DNA of 64,000 nucleotides from the NCBI GenBank assembly GCA_002633005.1, contig NMRA01000630.1:1-64000 (forward strand), given 5' to 3'. A model generated the notes under the pieces. That model was not told where the DNA came from. It searched no databases and saw only the letters and a list, made by a program, of their open reading frames with translations. Each line of letters opens with the position of its first letter. Position 1 is the first letter of the stretch. Positions 25,194 through 37,600 of the stretch are shown piece by piece. Origin of the DNA: Phoronis australis. Its lineage: Eukaryota; Animalia; Phoronida. The position numbers and the translations under genes were made by a program.

Positions 25194-27449
25194 TTACACG
25201 ATTCACAACAATGACGGGGCCCCCGGGCTCGGAGGCCGAGCAACAAGGAACTCCGCGGACCGGACCGCAACAGGTCCTGGTTCAAACTTTAGGCCTAATC
25301 GCTTTCCTGCTATAAATTCACGAGTATAGTAACACAATTCACCTGGAATTTTGAAAGGGGTAAATCCAGTTTTGGCCTATTAACACATACTAAAAACGAA
25401 CGAAACGGGCAAGCGTGATCTACGGTTTTCGAATTACGACTGACACTCTGAACTCATAGAGGGAAAAGACCACCAACAACTGAAGGACTATAATGTCCAA
25501 TCAGTGACGTAGCCGGAGTATGATTTTTTTATTTTATCCCTGTCTTTAACTTGAGGAAGATTGCCGCTAATGATGCATTAGAAGATGAGAGGATGAATGA
25601 ATGTTGGTGGAAAAAAATCAAAACGACCGGGGTTTAGTGCCCTTTAAAATGGTTGCCTGAGGCCGCCGTTTTCCTTTTCATCAAAGCTTAATTTTTGCAA
25701 TTAGAGGGAAATTAGTGTGTGAACAACCGGTCATCTTTCAACTGGGGTGACGCTGCAGAGTCATGAGATCGTTGGGATATGCACCAACGGGGACAGTTTA
25801 TTGAGCTGTTTAATCTGAAGCGCTAAAGTGAGTTTTGCGAAAGATCTTAAGGATTACAATTCCATTTATTATTACTCAGTAGTATATTTAGTCTGAATCT
25901 ACCCAATGCTCTTGTTAAGACAGACAGAACATAGAGGTCGCCCGAACTTCAAGAATAAAGGTCCCTAATTTTATCAGAAAAATTCTAAACCTTAACGATG
26001 CTCGATTTTTGTGTATCAAATTGACTGTTTTCATATATTTAACCACCAAATCACTCAATTAATTTATCAAAGGCCTTGTTTATGCAGTCTCAACCAGTAT
26101 AAACAGGACATTTTATGATTAGAATTACGCGTGATTTGCGAAAAACAATGGAATTCATGGACAGTTGGAAAGAACCTTCAATAAATCAAAACTGCATGCA
26201 TGATTTCCTCAGTAGGTTAGCAACAAACGTGTAGAGTTAATTTAGTCACTTATGTTAAAATTTGTCATCTCGGAGTTTTCCTTACCGTAACAGCGGATTC
26301 TATACTTCCATTACCAACAAGAACATCGAAACCATCTGCGACTCAAGAAAACGCTTCAAAATTTTAGGGGTTGGCTAACCTTAAAATTGCGAATTCGAAA
26401 TGGCGTTTGTACGATTGCCTGTCACTTGAGTTATCGGCAACAAGCCATGATTGGATGTTTGTGATAGCCTTTTAAACCACGGCAAAGCTCTTTGATTTAG
26501 AATTCTACAGTGACAGCTAACAACAGCGAAATATCCCTTAAGTTCAAAGTAACGAATGAGTTGGCAAGCCACTTGGGTAAAAATAACTGAGCCATGTTCG
26601 TGGCGAAACAAACAATGTGTAGTTAGTGATCCTCGAAGGACATTTCTTCTAAGGCATGCTTACTGCCGACTGAGGCACAGGTTTCAAAATGAGTCGGGCG
26701 CAGAACAAAACCATTATGATATTTTCTTTGGCATTATTTTTGTAAAGCAAAGGGTCCAGTATGAACCAGCGTCATGTCAAAAATACTCTTTTATGACCTA
26801 AAGCACTGTTATAAAAATGATATCTTTTTTCTTACTCAAACGATTGAAGTGATTTCTGGATTTGTTAGGAACTAGTTGTACTGAGTCAGACCAGCATCGT
26901 CGGGACATTACAATATTAAATGACGTCACAGCTGGATACACTAGACTTTTAGGATGGCAGGGAAACATGAACAATTGCTGGATAGTTTTTGAAACGGTAG
27001 GGGCGCGAGCATCTGCTGCTTTTTCCCTTTTTTGCATAAAACACGGGAAGTGGGGCCTAAGCTCGCCGGCCATTTTCCCTGCATTAAAAGATGCCCGTTC
27101 ATCTCTGTCCATTGATCATGGGGGTGCTAAAAGCTCTTCCCACCCATCTCGTTAAAACTGGTTTTGCAATGTCTTAGCATAGTTGAATCGTAGAACTATT
27201 TCTAATACGTGAACATAACGTCAATGTGATTGAAGTTTTCCTGTTGCAAAAACGTGTTCATTTACCATTTTACTTATGTCTATTCAATTAATTGTTAACA
27301 GTGACTTAGTGTTACAAACTCATTTTCAGAAAATGCTAGCTCATACTACTGTAATAAATCAAACTCATCATTCATACTGCGAAATGTGCTTTCCTGATTG
27401 CCATCTAATTGGCTGAATCTGCTTTGAAATCAATTATTTAGACATAGCA

Positions 27450-27562
27450 ACGCCGGCGACAGTGGAAGCCGCCTTGGCGGCAACTTCAGCAGCAACTTCT
27501 GCAGAGCAGCAGCAGCGGCGGCAGCAGCGGCGGCAGCAGTAGCATATACTAGCAGCAGTAGT
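27450..27562. repeat. Low-complexity CAG/CGG triplet tract
   Basis: GCAGCAGCAGCGGCGGCAGCAGCGGCGGCAGCAG in the ATR-UBE2R2 interval. Confidence 0.7.
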
Positions 27563-27664
27563 GGAAGTATAATCCTCAGTTACGCCGTTGATGTGTGGGT
27601 ATTCAAAGAATAGCCTACAATTGGATAGAGAATTAATGTTCACATTACATTTTTGGGAGAAGCG

Positions 27665-27859
27665 CAGTGGCGGATTTNNNNNNNNNNNNNNNNNNNNNNN
27701 NNNNNNNNNNNNNNNGGGGGGTGGGGGCGGGCGGCAAGGGGGCCATGTACCCTCCCCCTAAAATTCCCAGACTCCATTTGTCAGTGCAAATGTCTGGCTG
27801 GTAAAATCCTGGCTAGTACTCTGCTCTCCCTCCAACTCAAAATCCTGGATCCGCCCCTG
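27665..27859. mobile_element. MITE with CAG(T/G)GGCGGAT termini (contains an N gap)
   Basis: CAGTGGCGGAT ... ATCCGCCCCTG, imperfect 5-bp flanks AAGCG/AAGCT, G/C-run subterminal motifs. Confidence 0.6.
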
Positions 27860-28439
27860 AAGCTGTAGTAATATTAACGTTTTCGGTGAAGTAACAGGGA
27901 GTTGGGTGCGAAGAATCATTTCTACAGGCCTTTGAACAAAGAGTTAAGGATTCGATCTGGGGTTATCACACTCGTAGTTCTATGTGATAAAAATGAAACA
28001 GCTATGGTTGTAATCTGCGCCAATGCATGAGAGCGAGAGTCAATGGCTTGATGAAAGCAAAGAAAACACATGGACGTAAGAACATCGAATCATTTGTGAT
28101 GGAAAAGTTTCTAGCAAATGTTGAAGAATTGTCTGAGGTAGATTTTTTTTAAATGGTCTTATCAGTTTTGGGCATTTTACACATTCTTTGATAATGCCAA
28201 AAATAAAGCAGAAGACTTGAACCTGCACTAGGCAGACATGTCAATCAGTCACTGTTTGTTTACAAACGGTCGCGACACCTTTGGATAAGCGCAATACCAA
28301 TACGCGAAAAGGGCTTTAGTATGACAAAAAGATAAAATGAAACCATTTGCAGATACAAATGACTTCATAAATGGAATGGTGTCACGTTTTCATCACAATA
28401 AGCTTTCACCTCTTCAAAAATTTTGTCGAAATCATTTAC

Positions 28440-28602
28440 TATCCACGAACATCCCCTTTTCCGGTACATTAAATGACGTCACAAAGCCAGCCATATTCCG
28501 AAGGGGAAACAAGACAGTCAATTTCGCGCAGGATTTTCACATTTTTTTCATAATAAACGTCGTTTTCCATCGTGCAGAAAGAACTGGATAAGACTATAAG
28601 TT
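28440..28602 (+). promoter_or_regulatory. UBE2R2 proximal promoter/5' UTR with CRE palindrome TGACGTCA (28474-28481)
   Basis: Perfect CRE about 125 bp upstream of the ATG, with local CpG enrichment. Confidence 0.4.
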
Positions 28603-31600
28603 ATGGCAGTAAGCCCTAATACAAGTGCTCTGCGGGCTTTACAAGTAGAGCTTAAGGGACTTCACAAAGAACCTGTCGAAGGTTTTCGTGTTGTTGCTCG
28701 GGAGGACAATTTGTTTGAATGGGAAGTGGCGATTTTTGGTCCACCAAAAACATTATATGAAGGCGGTTACTTCAAGGTAAGGCTAACGACAGTCAAAGTC
28801 ATTATTGATTACTGGTTTTGTGATATTATGGGAAGATTTTTTTCTGCAGTTTAGTTTTTATTACCCGTTTTCTTCAGCTCCTTTGTGTTCATAATAGATC
28901 GACAGACGACCCTGTTATCGATCGCCTTTGTTTACATGCGAGCTAACACATGGTGATGAATTCTCACAATAGATCATCAGCTGATTTGCTTGACTTTCAT
29001 TGAATTTTTTCAAACTGTTTCACTCCATATTGTCGTTATCTCTGTTTGTGTTGTGATTGTTTGAAAGAGACTGTGAACTGTCTAGAATAACAAATAGATG
29101 CAAATTATTTGAGTTGTGTCCTTTTAACAGGAAATTACTCATCATGCAGACATCACTTGACTCACACTGTAACAGTTGACTATAAATAGTGTAATCCACC
29201 CATCTTCAATAATGACATACTACAACCCTTTCCTCTGTGTGGGTATTGTATTCCTATAGTTGCAGTAGGGTGTTTGATGCCTCAGTTTTTAAGAACTTAA
29301 AGCCCATAAAACTTGCCTTCTGTATTCGAAGCCACTTTTGTTTCTAATCACTCACTGTTATAAAACTGCTAAGAAATGATTTTCTGGGCTTGTAATGAAC
29401 TTTCAGATATATGTTGCATGGAGTGAGGCTTGGTAAAGTCCTATCCACTTGAGCATACCCTAGAACAACTTGAGCTGGTGCAATTTACCCCGCTCTTAAG
29501 TGGAGCGTACCCCCACGCACATATCTGATAACTAGGATAAGGCAGAGTTTGTTACTCTGTGTGTGACAATGAAACCTAACGCCAATATGGCGCTCAAAAG
29601 AAAACTAATCTGCATACAATGGCAGCTCATAAATACTTTCGCCCTACCACACTTTTGCGGCCACACAGTGATTACAAGTGGGCAAGTTACCCTAGAACAC
29701 GTTACCCCACCTTGATAACGTAAGTTGTGCTAGTTTGTATAGCGTCCAGTCAGCACTAAACCCTAGCGACAACTGATTCCAGTAGTAACTTATTCTTTAG
29801 TAAATCTGTGTGGACAGCACTCAAGTTGTCTTGCACGATCTCAAGCAAAAACCAAATATTCTTCGCATGCCCTGTTCAATTACAACATTCGGCAAATGGT
29901 CTAAGCCATTGAGAATTCTTTACGTATTTTCAAAACTAACCAAAACTAGTTTGTGGATTCTCACATTTGGAAACTTGAATAATGTCCATGAATTTTTGCT
30001 TTATTAGAAAGCAATTTTCATGTTCCTTTCAATATCTATTAACAGAACAGACAAAAATCACTGGTATTTTGCAAGTTGTCTTGTACATTTGCTGAATTTG
30101 AACTCTCGTATTGGCAGTAATTCTCACATACGTGAGGTAAAGAAGAAGATCACCTCGCGGGCAAACTCCTGAACAACACCAGCCATTATTTGTACTCTGT
30201 TTCAAAGCTGCAATTTGTCCAGTTTGGCTGGCTAAGAATAAAAACAAAATAGTTTCTCAAAACGATGCATTTGCGAGATTATAATGGTAACTCTTTCTCG
30301 GTTGGTTTCCGGCAAACTGGAGGACCCAGGGTTGCTTGTAAATTACAACTTCATTGCATATTCACAATGATTTAATAACCTCAAGAAATGTTTAAAGGAA
30401 CAGCTAAAAAGGGCAAAATAAAGTTAAGTAATTTTTCAAAAACGCCATAAATAATTGCAAACATTAGTGTCCCAAGAATGTGAGCTTAAAGTTTTTATGT
30501 TTCATAATGAAATTGAGTGAAGTTCTGGGGAAATGTTTTGTGAAAGTGGTTTGAAGTTTTACAAATTCAGAGTTGTGGGAAATAAACGGTGTTTATGTTT
30601 CTTGCTTCTCTTGTATAGCTATCAATGTTAACTCCTAAAATGGGTTTAGGGACACTGCGCTAAATAATGTTTCAGACTTAAGGTTATCTCCAACTTTATT
30701 TAGTGGCCTCTATTCTAACTCCTATATCAAAACAATAGGCTTTGTCAACTAGTAAAGGTATATATTTTCTGAAAGAAAAAAGATCAGGGAATATGAAAAT
30801 ACTTTTTGTATTAATGTACCAGTATTATTTTTACATAAAAACCTTTTTTAAGTCAAAATTTTATTTTTAAGAAAGGTACATTCATAGCAAAATTACCCCT
30901 CGGTCAATTTCAATGAAACTTTTTTTAAATGAAAATTTCACCAGTTACTTCAAAAAGACTTAGGAAGTTTCAATTAGTCTTTTCGTTTGGTTTCTATGGC
31001 AAATCAACTCGCAAAACGTAAGGTATCTTTGTAAAAAACGGAAGACGTATTCGTCTGTGTTACATTACGCAAAAAATAGGTCTTTATATCCAAAATGCTT
31101 ACAGTGTTTTTGAGACTGGTGACTAAGTATTAAATTTGGAAAGTTTCAGCAAAATCCACCGAACCGTTTTCGAGAACTGGTGTTCCTAAGTTCAATTAAA
31201 GTTGATTTGTCGAAGTCGGGGAAAACTGGGACACGTGACAATCTCAAAGTCTTCGGTTAATTATTCGATGAAAACTTGTTTTCGGTGCACATAACCTATA
31301 CAAGCCTAAATATGTTCGCTATTTCAACATTGATTCACTCCCTGTGTCAACTGATTTTGCAGTGCATAATTTACTTAATTATCATTAAAACTTACCATTC
31401 CCAGCTAACTCTTACTGTTGTTTGTGACCTTTTGACCTACTTTTACTTAAATAGGTCACAGTTCATTGTTACACACACAGCCTGTATAGGTCACGTGCTG
31501 GGAGACTGATACAAAACCAAGTAAGAAATGGATAACAAAAATTGAATCGGTGGTTAAAGCATGTCGTTAGCATGAGATCGAAACATTGAAATGTCAATTT

Positions 31601-34600
31601 ATTAATTAAATGAAGGAATTAAAGTGAGGATTTATCTCTTTTCACAACTTGCTGTGTTCATGACCACAGAAGCCTGAGGCGACAGTAACATTCGTTCTCA
31701 GCGCCAATGGTCATATGCATGTAGACACACAACTCCCCGAGGATCAAAACTATGTTTTGTCTTTGTTTTCCGTGGCACCATTCTGCACCTCATTGACTCA
31801 ATGTTATGGCTATTTTGTGAATGAAAGGACTGATTGGATATGAAGCTGTTCTGTACCTTGTGGAAAATTCGATTTGATTGAAATCCCTTTTACCTTTGAC
31901 CTCGGATAAGTAGTAAACAAATATCCATGTAGTTGTGCGGTTCCAAGGTGGTTCTTTTAAATCTTTTTTTCTCGTTATGCAGTATATATTTTGTATTTGA
32001 AGTTCACCGAATATGAAGATAAGGTATTTTGTTAGACACATATGAAATATAGTAAAAATGGCCAATATTTGTGAATAAGGTTTGAGATAACCTTTACAAA
32101 CTGTTAGTTTGTCCTGTCTTTATTCTTGTTATCGTCAGAGATTGTAAGGTCGCTTTTGAAAAACATTTTTTAAGTATCTCAGTTGAGAACATGTATATGG
32201 TATAAATAAAAGATCAGCTTGTTATCACTAAGCAATGATGTCACTGAACATATAGTGAATCATGTTTTATTTGATAACCGTGAAATTTGCCTTGAGCCTT
32301 GGGCTGTTGTTAGTGATGTTCCAACGTCTGATGAGCCCAGTCGGTTTGTTGTGGTGGAAAATAAATGGAACTTGGAGCAGCGAGACTAGATGGCAAAATA
32401 AAAGTTAAGAAACCAGAAAAAAACATTGCACAGATCTGGAAAAACTAAGACGACTCTTTGAATAATTGAGGACATACCTTTGGAAATATTTTGGTATGTT
32501 GTCATGGATATACTAGATTGTGAAACTGTCAATAAAGATTTATACAGCTGTAGGTGACTAACCATCGTAAAGGACATATACACCTGATTGTTGTGGAGGC
32601 CCTTTAGTCCTGCATACATGTGTCCCAAAGTAGTCCTTAGGTAGTGCTTCACGTCAATAGTCAAGTATTCGTGTGCCCCAAAGTAGTCCTTAGGTAGTGC
32701 TTCACGTCAATAATAGTCAAGTATTCGTGTGCCCCAAAGTAGTCCTTAGGTAGTGCTTCACGTCAATAATTTGTCTGGATGCTAACCATGGTGGTGGCAT
32801 TATGGTGAACCCTGTCTTCATGATTTTGTGTAATAGTTCCTTACAGTGGTCCCTCATTTTAGAGCCAGTTTTCTCCACTCAGTAGCTTGTATCCATTTTG
32901 CGTAAATGATTCTGGTATTGTGCTAACTGGAGCATGTCCAGAGATGTTTTTATGTGACTTTCTAAAATATTTACCGTGTATGAAGCTGTCTATGACAATC
33001 ACAGTGTGTTTCTAGACATTTTCAACAGCTTTCAAGCAAGAAAATTTATAAGCTTGTACACAGCATTCGGAATGTGTTGCAGAGACCCTATCCAAAAGTC
33101 ATATTTGAACTTGTACACTCTAATATGTGTTGACAGAGGACCTGAAGTCAAAAAACTTGTACACACCAAGGGACATGTTTTGACAGTACACATCAATGGG
33201 ATTGTGTTGACAGAGGTCCTATTGTGACATTTTAAATTGCAGTATGTAAACTACTAAAGCCTGGCTTTGTCAGTGCTTTGTACACCTCCACCAACCACCC
33301 CCCCACCAACCTCCCCCCCCTGATGAATTCACTTCAACAGTTTAGGAATCCCCAGTTCTGTGCAGCTCTACACATTATAGAAGCCATGCTATGATCTTAT
33401 CACTGGGTTTAATCAATAAACATTTGTTTTTAATGCAAGAGCACCTGATATTGATGCCATCGTACTTGCACTTTGAGATTGATTAAGTCTGATGGATTAT
33501 TCATAATTTGAGAAATTTCTGTTGAGACAGCACTGAACGAATCTGGTGGAAGTGTGTTGAAATGTTGATGAAATAAAGTTTGTCAATAGGTGGTGTGACT
33601 TAAATGGAACAACTTACACTGTGACAACTCTTCACGCAGTGGCTTCCGAAAATTCGCAGGTTAACACCCTTAAATTGGGAAACCCTGAGATGAGGGAGAG
33701 TGATTACCCAAGCAGTGGGTGCTCAAACCGAAAATTGGCCAGAGTTGGGGGTGGGCGAAACAGTGGCTGCTTACGTCCAAATTTTAGCTGAACCGCGCAA
33801 GCGTGTGGGGGTGTTCATACAAGCATGGAACTTGTAAGTTCGGTCAGTCGATGGAAGCCGACAAGCACAAAGTTTCTCACGACTCAAACCGAAACAGGAA
33901 TTTGACTTTGAAAAGGTGATTTCGCGAGATGTTGCTAAAAGCTCAGATGTTTTCAAATATATTAGCGTGTTGCAAAATGTCATACCATGGAGTTTTTTGA
34001 TACTCGAATGTCAGTCCACAAGTTCAGCAAGTTCTGTTTCAGATCAGTGAACGTGACTAGATTTTGTTCTTGATTAAAGCATGGATGATTCTTTCCGAGC
34101 CCGACCTAAACTTGTAATTGCACTGAGAAGGGGGGGGGGTTTGATTAATTGCTCAATTCAAATCTAGGGCGACCCGGGATATAATTCTTGCAAAATCACA
34201 TGCTCCATGTGTGCAATGACAACGAGAAGGGGGTGTGATGAATTGCTCAATTTAAATTCGGGTCGACCCAGGAGATCTAGCAAAATCACGTGCTCCGTGC
34301 ATGAAACTTGTACCCGAAAAAAAATTTACAGTCCGATGGAGATCATTACTAAACGATGACTAACTTGTAGTACAAAAGCAACACTTATATAAAAATCTAC
34401 GGAATTGGCCCTTATTAATTTAATAAAAGACCAGTTAATTAAGTTTATGAAAAGGTGGTTGCAACGCTCAAGTTATACCACTAATATCGACTAAAAAACG
34501 CAATTTTCGAGACTATGGTACGTAAGCATGTTGTATTTCCCGCAAACACACAAGTCTGAGCCCGAGGCAAAAAGCAAAAGTTGAAGCTCAAGTTCTGTTT

Positions 34601-37600
34601 GCAGTAACTTGGGGATGTGTGATTACCCGAACAGTGGGTGCTTACATCGAAATTTGCTGGGGTGGGTGATTACCCGGGCGTGGGCGTTGAGCCGTTAACC
34701 CTCGAGTTTACGGTATTATTCCTCGTGTTAAAATGAGTATGAATACATTGAACGAGTTAGCGAGTGAGATTTTTTGCTGTTTTCAGGTGATGCAATAATT
34801 GATTTTCATTGGCTGCCAAAGGTAATTGTCTCAGTTCTGGGCTTACTTCGCTTGCAATACTGTGAGGATGTACGCTCATGATGTCCAAGTTATCTTGCCT
34901 TTCAGACCTGCACTTTTGTGTTGTGATCTGCTGAAGATATTTCAGCAGTTTGTATCAAAGTGGTTTATCAGCTGCCAGTTGATAACACATTCAGATGGAT
35001 AGTATTGATCCCTTGACAGTCCTTTATGGTAGTCAGCCACATAAACAATATTGAAAATACCTGCTTGATATCAATGTGTCTGATAAAGCCCAGGACTCTG
35101 ATTTTGGGCATGGACCTTATTTTGAGTACTGTTCACTGGCTGCATCCCAAATTGGTTGTTTATTGATATCATCAAATTCCACACTTCCTGAAACCATTGA
35201 GGTAGGCTAGACAGTGGCAGTGGTAACAAAATGAAGCCAGAGAACTGTGTTGGCTGACAACACAGCATTCAGGGCAATAAATGCTTAAGATAAAATCTGG
35301 CAATTAATTGTTAGAATTCTAGTGAAAGCAAATGTCAGGCTTCTCACAGATATTAATCGTAGTTTTTCAAGTGTCGTAGCTTTTCGAGTGTTTCTAACCA
35401 CACTGTACGTTCCTATGTCAATGATTGGCTGAACAATCCTGTTACGACTATATCAGTGTACAATAGTGTATCATGGGAGTCCCTGAACTCGGTTTATGGA
35501 ATCTGCATAAATGAAGATGGCATCTTTGACGTTGCAAGATTACCGATGATCTATTGTAAAGATTTTTGCATCGCCATTAGATTCATATAGTTCTACTCCA
35601 TTTTTAATTTTTTGTGAATTGGATAAATTCAAGTCCCTGATTTGCCGATCGTCAGTGTGACATTCATGGTAACAATTGACTGTAATATTCTGTGTTCTCA
35701 ATTTATTTCTGAACATTTATTGAACTAAAACTGTGATTTGTATGTTACAAAATAATTCAGTTGTGAGAAATGTTAAAATTCATCATTAGATATCGTGTTC
35801 GCAGAGGATGTCTTGAAACAATTCTTTTTCTCTCAAGGTCGAGCTGTTCGATGAAGCAGTCTGTGTTTAAAACTGACCCTTGACTGTCATAATGGCCACC
35901 AATATGGCTGCCAGTTGACTCCCTGGGAAATTCACCCATTTGGCACATAATATGGCAGGCATGTGAAACCAAATATTTCCACTAATATTTAGACCAAGAT
36001 AGTTCACTGTTGACTTGGTTTCTACTGTGTAGATACCATATAACATCATTTGGTAAGGTTCCATCACTTGCAGCATGATGAATTTGCCTTAAAAAATTGG
36101 AAAATGGCAATTTTGGCAACGTGTTTTTTGTGCAAAATAATTGTAGAACTGCTGTACAGGGGTAATGCAACATACCCTAATACATTACCAGCTGACAGTG
36201 GTTTGTCTTGTAGGTGTTCTATAAATAGTTTGTGTTACTGGGTCAAAGATGCTGGGTGAATGTTCTCTTGAGGTGACTGATGATAGGTGTAAGAGCTCAT
36301 CTCCATTATTCTTTCTACTCAACTTCATTAATAGTGTCTCTAAGTCTTTTTATTAAAGCACTCCCTTTGTGTAAACTTTTAGTCAGAAGGTCAATTAACG
36401 CTAATGATGTTTCAAACTGTTAAAACAGACCGCTGTTTTTTACCTAGAACATTCACCAGCCCATAAGTAAATTTTTACTGTTCTTGATGTACAGGTGATT
36501 ATTTTCTGATTGTGTCCGAGGATTTTTGGATGTTATGTTTCCAATGGCTGGTAACTCTGTTGTTCGAGGGCAAATGAAAATGTTGACATGGTTCTAAGGG
36601 TACTGACAGGAAACAAGTGTTTCACGGAACACAAAATTGTCTGTAGTTTAGGTTTGTTAGAAAGTCTTGTTTAAAGCAACAAATGACTATTTTATCAAAA
36701 ACTGACAGTTGCGAGATAAGCTAATCAGTTGTGTGATGTTTTAAATCTTGGATTTATGTTTTTCAGTATCGGAGGATGTTATAAAAAGTATGCTTTTGTT
36801 GGTTGAAAGTTTATTTCAAAAGTTTAAAATGACATGCAGTAATATATCACAAATTTCAGAAAAAAAAATTGACAAAATGTCTTTTTTGTTTTTTAAGTAC
36901 ATCTGTCGTGTCAAATACCTATTTTTTCAAACTGATAAGTAGTAGATATCGTATGAAACTTGAACATGGAAAAACAATTCGATATGGTGCTACACACCTT
37001 TAATTGAAAAAATGATGAAAATAAGTTTCACTTGTCGGCCATATTGGTGAGATTTTATCTAAAGGTTGTTATTTACCTCAAGGGAGATAACTCTGGTGCA
37101 GTCGTGCCAGTATCTTAGGAGTTGTCTCCAGCGTTGGGAAGTATGCAGACATGCTTGCACTGAAACCTGTCGTTCATTGTTTGGAATTTGCTAACCAAGT
37201 GGCTTCCCAGTGATCTTCTTCATAGGCTGCTTAGTTTCAACAGGCCCTAATTAGCAGTATATAGTCGTGGTACATGCCAAGGTGAAGATTGCATTGGTTC
37301 TCATATGTGTAAAGAGTTTTAGCATTGGTGGACCTTAAAAATGCCTTTCACACCAACAAGTATGAAGCTGCTCAGATACTTTGGAGAGTGGCGTTGGGTT
37401 TGGAATGTTTACTTTGGTGTCATTCAAGTTGCAATTGCAGTGACCCTGTCAGTGACACTTGTTAATGTTATTTTATTGATATTTTTTAAAATATTCACCA
37501 TTCTAGTACTATAAATATTTCATTTACTATTACTATCATTATTATTAGTAATATTACCTAAAAGGGTACGAAACCCGGTTTTGGCCTATTAACATCTTAT

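Noticed and set aside
27434-27643. Cys/Ala-rich ORF
   Set aside because: Translation of a CAG/CGG low-complexity tract; no splice or homology support.
32233-32335. Possible box C/D snoRNA (AATGATG...CTGA)
   Set aside because: Imperfect box C, no terminal stem and no recognisable rRNA guide.
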